Assembly (NCBI GenBank): GCA_964016885.1
Contig: OZ024743.1
Span: 339,202,001-339,266,000, forward strand
DNA: 64,000 bases
Reading direction: 5' to 3'
Source of the DNA: Eledone cirrhosa
Lineage: Eukaryota
The notes beneath the pieces were generated by a model. The model was not told the DNA's origin and did no database searches. It worked only from the letters and a program-made list of their open reading frames with translations. Every line of letters begins with the position of its first letter. The stretch's first letter is position 1. A program made the position numbers and the translations under genes. Positions 61,262-64,000 of the stretch are shown here, one piece after another.

Positions 61262-63813
61262 TCATCATCATCATCATCAACGTTTAACGTCCGTGTTCCA
61301 CGCTTGCATGGGTTTGGACGGGGGTAGTCCCACTTGAGGCAAGAGTGATTGTCTTGCTCGCATAGTACTGTCTGGCAGGTTTTCTACAGTTGGATGCCCT
61401 TCCTAACACCAACCACATTTACAGTGTGGGTCTGGGAGGTTTTTACCGTGTTGCCTACACGGCCACATTACAGCGTGGACTGTGTGTTTTTTTGTCGTGA
61501 CACCTACACGATCTCATTTGTTTCGGCCTGGATGGCGCGGCACCAACATAACTTTACATAGAACGGGGTGGTGTGGATGGGGTGGGGGTGGTGGCGGGAC
61601 GGGGTGTAGTTTGTTAGAGATGCCTACTGGCAAGGCGGGTCTTCTCTGTTACTGAGTACCGCCAAAGGTCACGGTCCAGTGACATTGTCTTGGAGAGGTG
61701 TAAGTGTGTGAGGTCGGAGTTTATCAGCTCATCCCATGTTTTTCTAGGTCTGCCTATTCCGTGGCTACCGTCTATCTTTATTGCCCTGCACTTTGTAATA
61801 CAGCTATCGACTTTCATGCGCATCACGTGTCCATACCAACGCAGCCTTCTCTCGAGTAAACAACATCTGATCCCTCTTATCTCTAATTTTTTCCTTAGTT
61901 CGTTTATGCTTTGCCGTTCATGTATATTACTGTTACACATCCAGCGGAGCATGCAAGCTTCGTTCCTCTCTAGTCTGCGTATATCCTCTGCACACAATGC
62001 CCAGGTCTCACTACCATGCAACATTGCTGTTCGTATGCAGGCATCGTACAACCTGCCTTTCATTTTTAGGGAGAACCCTTTAGCAGCTAATAGTGGTATA
62101 AGCTCTCTGAACTTTTTCCAACCAGTTCTGACTCTAGCTACAGTACTTTCAGAGCACCCTCCCCCACTGCTGATTTTATCGCCCAGGTAACGGAAGCTGT
62201 CCACTATTTCTATAGAACCCTCTGCGCAATTGAAAGAGCTAGTATTTTGTGGGCACTTGCTGCTACTTATTGCACCAGAACACCGGCCACATGTAAAGTC
62301 TATGTTCTTAGTTAGCTTACCTGTGATCCCACTACATCTTTTATGCACCCATACTTTGCATTTAGGACATAAGATGGAGTTTCTACCTACGCCTTTCCTA
62401 CATACCGAGCACGACCATTTCCCAGAAGGGACCGCCGCCTTGTTTTCTTTCCTGCAAACTAGAACTTTGGTCTTAGCCAGGTTAATTTTAAGTCCTTTTG
62501 ACTCTAGGCCGTGCTTCCATGTTTGGAATTTCTTCTCTAGCTCGGCCATTGATTCCGCTATGAGTGTCAGGTCGTCTGCGTATAGGAGTTCCCATGGGCA
62601 GCCTGTCTTGAACTCCTCTGTTATAGCCTGAAGGGCAATAATAAATAGTAGGGGGCTGAGAACAGAGCCCTGATGGACGCCAACTTTTACGCTAAACTCT
62701 TCACTATATTCGTTGTTAATTCTAACCTTGCTGACTGTTTCTTTATACATGGCTTGTATAGCCCTCACAAGCCATTCGTCAACGCCTAGTTTTCTAAGAG
62801 CCCACCAGATAATGGAGCGGGGGACTCTGTCGAAGGCTTTCTCCAGGTCGACAAAAGCTAAGTAGAGGGGTTTACCTTTAGCTAGGTACTTCTCCTGTAG
62901 TTGTCGTACTATGAAAAGAGCGTCTGTGGTGCTTTTGCCTGACACAAACCCGAACTGCATTTCATCTAGATCAATTCTCTCTCTGATTAGTTGCGCTATT
63001 ACTTTTTCCGTGACCTTCATGACCTGGTCGATTAATTTAATGCCTCTATAGTTACTCCTATCTAGGGCGTCTCCTTTACCCTTATAACAGTTAACGATGA
63101 TGCTGCTATGCCAGTCCTTCGGAACAACCCCATTCTGTACGACTTGGTTAACTATGCGGGTGACCATGGTGTGTCCCACCGTGCCAGATGCCTTCAGCAT
63201 CTCAGCAACTATTTCCGAAGGCCCAGCCGCCTTACCAGTCTTCATATCCTTGATTGCCTTACTTATTATACTCCCCTCGACTAACACTGCTGGTCCCTCT
63301 ATCGGGTCGATATGGGGGAGACTGTCTTTCTCCCATTTATTCTCCTCATTTAGTAGCCTTTCATAGTGACACTTCCAAGCTACCTTCTTATCAGTGTCGG
63401 TGATGGCAAGTATGCCATCATCGTTAAGTACACACTTCTCCCCGACAATATCACGGTTTTCCTTGACGCATTGCCTGGCAATCCTGAACACCTCACGTTT
63501 TTGGTCATCGCGTTGTAGAACATGCTTGAACTTTCTTTCCTCAGCTTCCATTCTTGCTAAGTACACTTCTCTCCTAGCTTCCCTCCTGGCCACTTGATAG
63601 TCTACTCTACTTCCCCCATCCCGCCATACTTTCCAAGCCTGCTTTTTGGCCTTAATTGACCCCTCCACCCTATTGTTCCACCACCATGTTACTCTCCTCC
63701 TGTCTACAGGCCTGCTCCAGCCACAGACTTCGTCTGTCGCCAACAGCAGGTTTGCTTTCAGAAATTCCCACTGTCCCTCTATATTGTCCGATTCTAGATG
63801 CTCTTCCTTACTG
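61262..63813 (-). mobile_element. 5'-truncated RTE-clade LINE with (GAT)n tail, inserted in a microsatellite
   Basis: RT ORF at 61614-63743. (CAT)n on + at 61262-61279. Confidence 0.9.
61614..63743 (-). CDS. RTE reverse transcriptase (partial ORF) with internal PHD-type finger
   Basis: NYRGIKL, QFGF, FVDLEKAFDRVP, GVHQGSVLSP, LYADD, FRYLG, LRWYGHV, GRPRKTW. Confidence 0.9.
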   Translation of the reverse strand: MATDEVCGWSRPVDRRRVTWWWNNRVEGSIKAKKQAWKVWRDGGSRVDYQVARREARREVYLARMEAEERKFKHVLQRDDQKREVFRIARQCVKENRDIVGEKCVLNDDGILAITDTDKKVAWKCHYERLLNEENKWEKDSLPHIDPIEGPAVLVEGSIISKAIKDMKTGKAAGPSEIVAEMLKASGTVGHTMVTRIVNQVVQNGVVPKDWHSSIIVNCYKGKGDALDRSNYRGIKLIDQVMKVTEKVIAQLIRERIDLDEMQFGFVSGKSTTDALFIVRQLQEKYLAKGKPLYLAFVDLEKAFDRVPRSIIWWALRKLGVDEWLVRAIQAMYKETVSKVRINNEYSEEFSVKVGVHQGSVLSPLLFIIALQAITEEFKTGCPWELLYADDLTLIAESMAELEKKFQTWKHGLESKGLKINLAKTKVLVCRKENKAAVPSGKWSCSVCRKGVGRNSILCPKCKVWVHKRCSGITGKLTKNIDFTCGRCSGAISSSKCPQNTSSFNCAEGSIEIVDSFRYLGDKISSGGGCSESTVARVRTGWKKFRELIPLLAAKGFSLKMKGRLYDACIRTAMLHGSETWALCAEDIRRLERNEACMLRWMCNSNIHERQSINELRKKLEIRGIRCCLLERRLRWYGHVMRMKVDSCITKCRAIKIDGSHGIGRPRKTWDELINSDLTHLHLSKTMSLDRDLWRYSVTEKTRLASRHL

Positions 63814-64000
63814 ATATCTATATATATATATATATCTATATATATATATATATATATCTATATATATATATATATATATATCTATATATATATATATATA
63901 TATATCTATATATATATATATATATATCTATATATATCTATATATATATATATCTATATATATATCTATATATATCTATATATATATCTATATATATCTA
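63814..64000. repeat. (AT)n/(ATCT)n microsatellite
   Basis: Direct reading. Confidence 0.95.

Overview
AT-rich animal genomic DNA. The repeat landscape is consistent with a cephalopod/mollusc, which is an inference. Two host genes converge. On + are the last seven coding exons of an SLC4A11-like (BTR1/NaBC1) transporter (30863-42378). On - are the last two coding exons of ATPAF1/ATP11 (46778-45580). The rest is mostly repeats: a ~501-bp satellite (1-4466), kb-long (AT)n/(ATCT)n microsatellites, a head-to-tail array of Tx1-clade LINEs each bounded by (TATC)n (11824-24397, plus a + strand copy at 54116-58065), three Penelope-like elements (two Naiad-type, one Neptune-type), an RTE LINE with a PHD finger inside ORF2, mariner/piggyBac MITEs, SINEs and minisatellites. 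The standout is a non-coding array of seven 310-bp units (8849-10950). Each unit carries a type I hammerhead ribozyme (CUGAUGA...GAAA-CGCG-UA, palindromic minimal helix III, 16-bp extended helix I), and the array starts with a short inverted piece. This is a candidate non-LTR retrozyme (circular-RNA retroelement). Hammerhead motifs also occur in the terminal repeats of all three Penelope-like elements, most of them in the sense orientation of the host genes. Also notable is a 16-copy minisatellite made of a complete 3' splice site in front of an SLC4A11 exon. The long IYIY ORFs are microsatellite artefacts.
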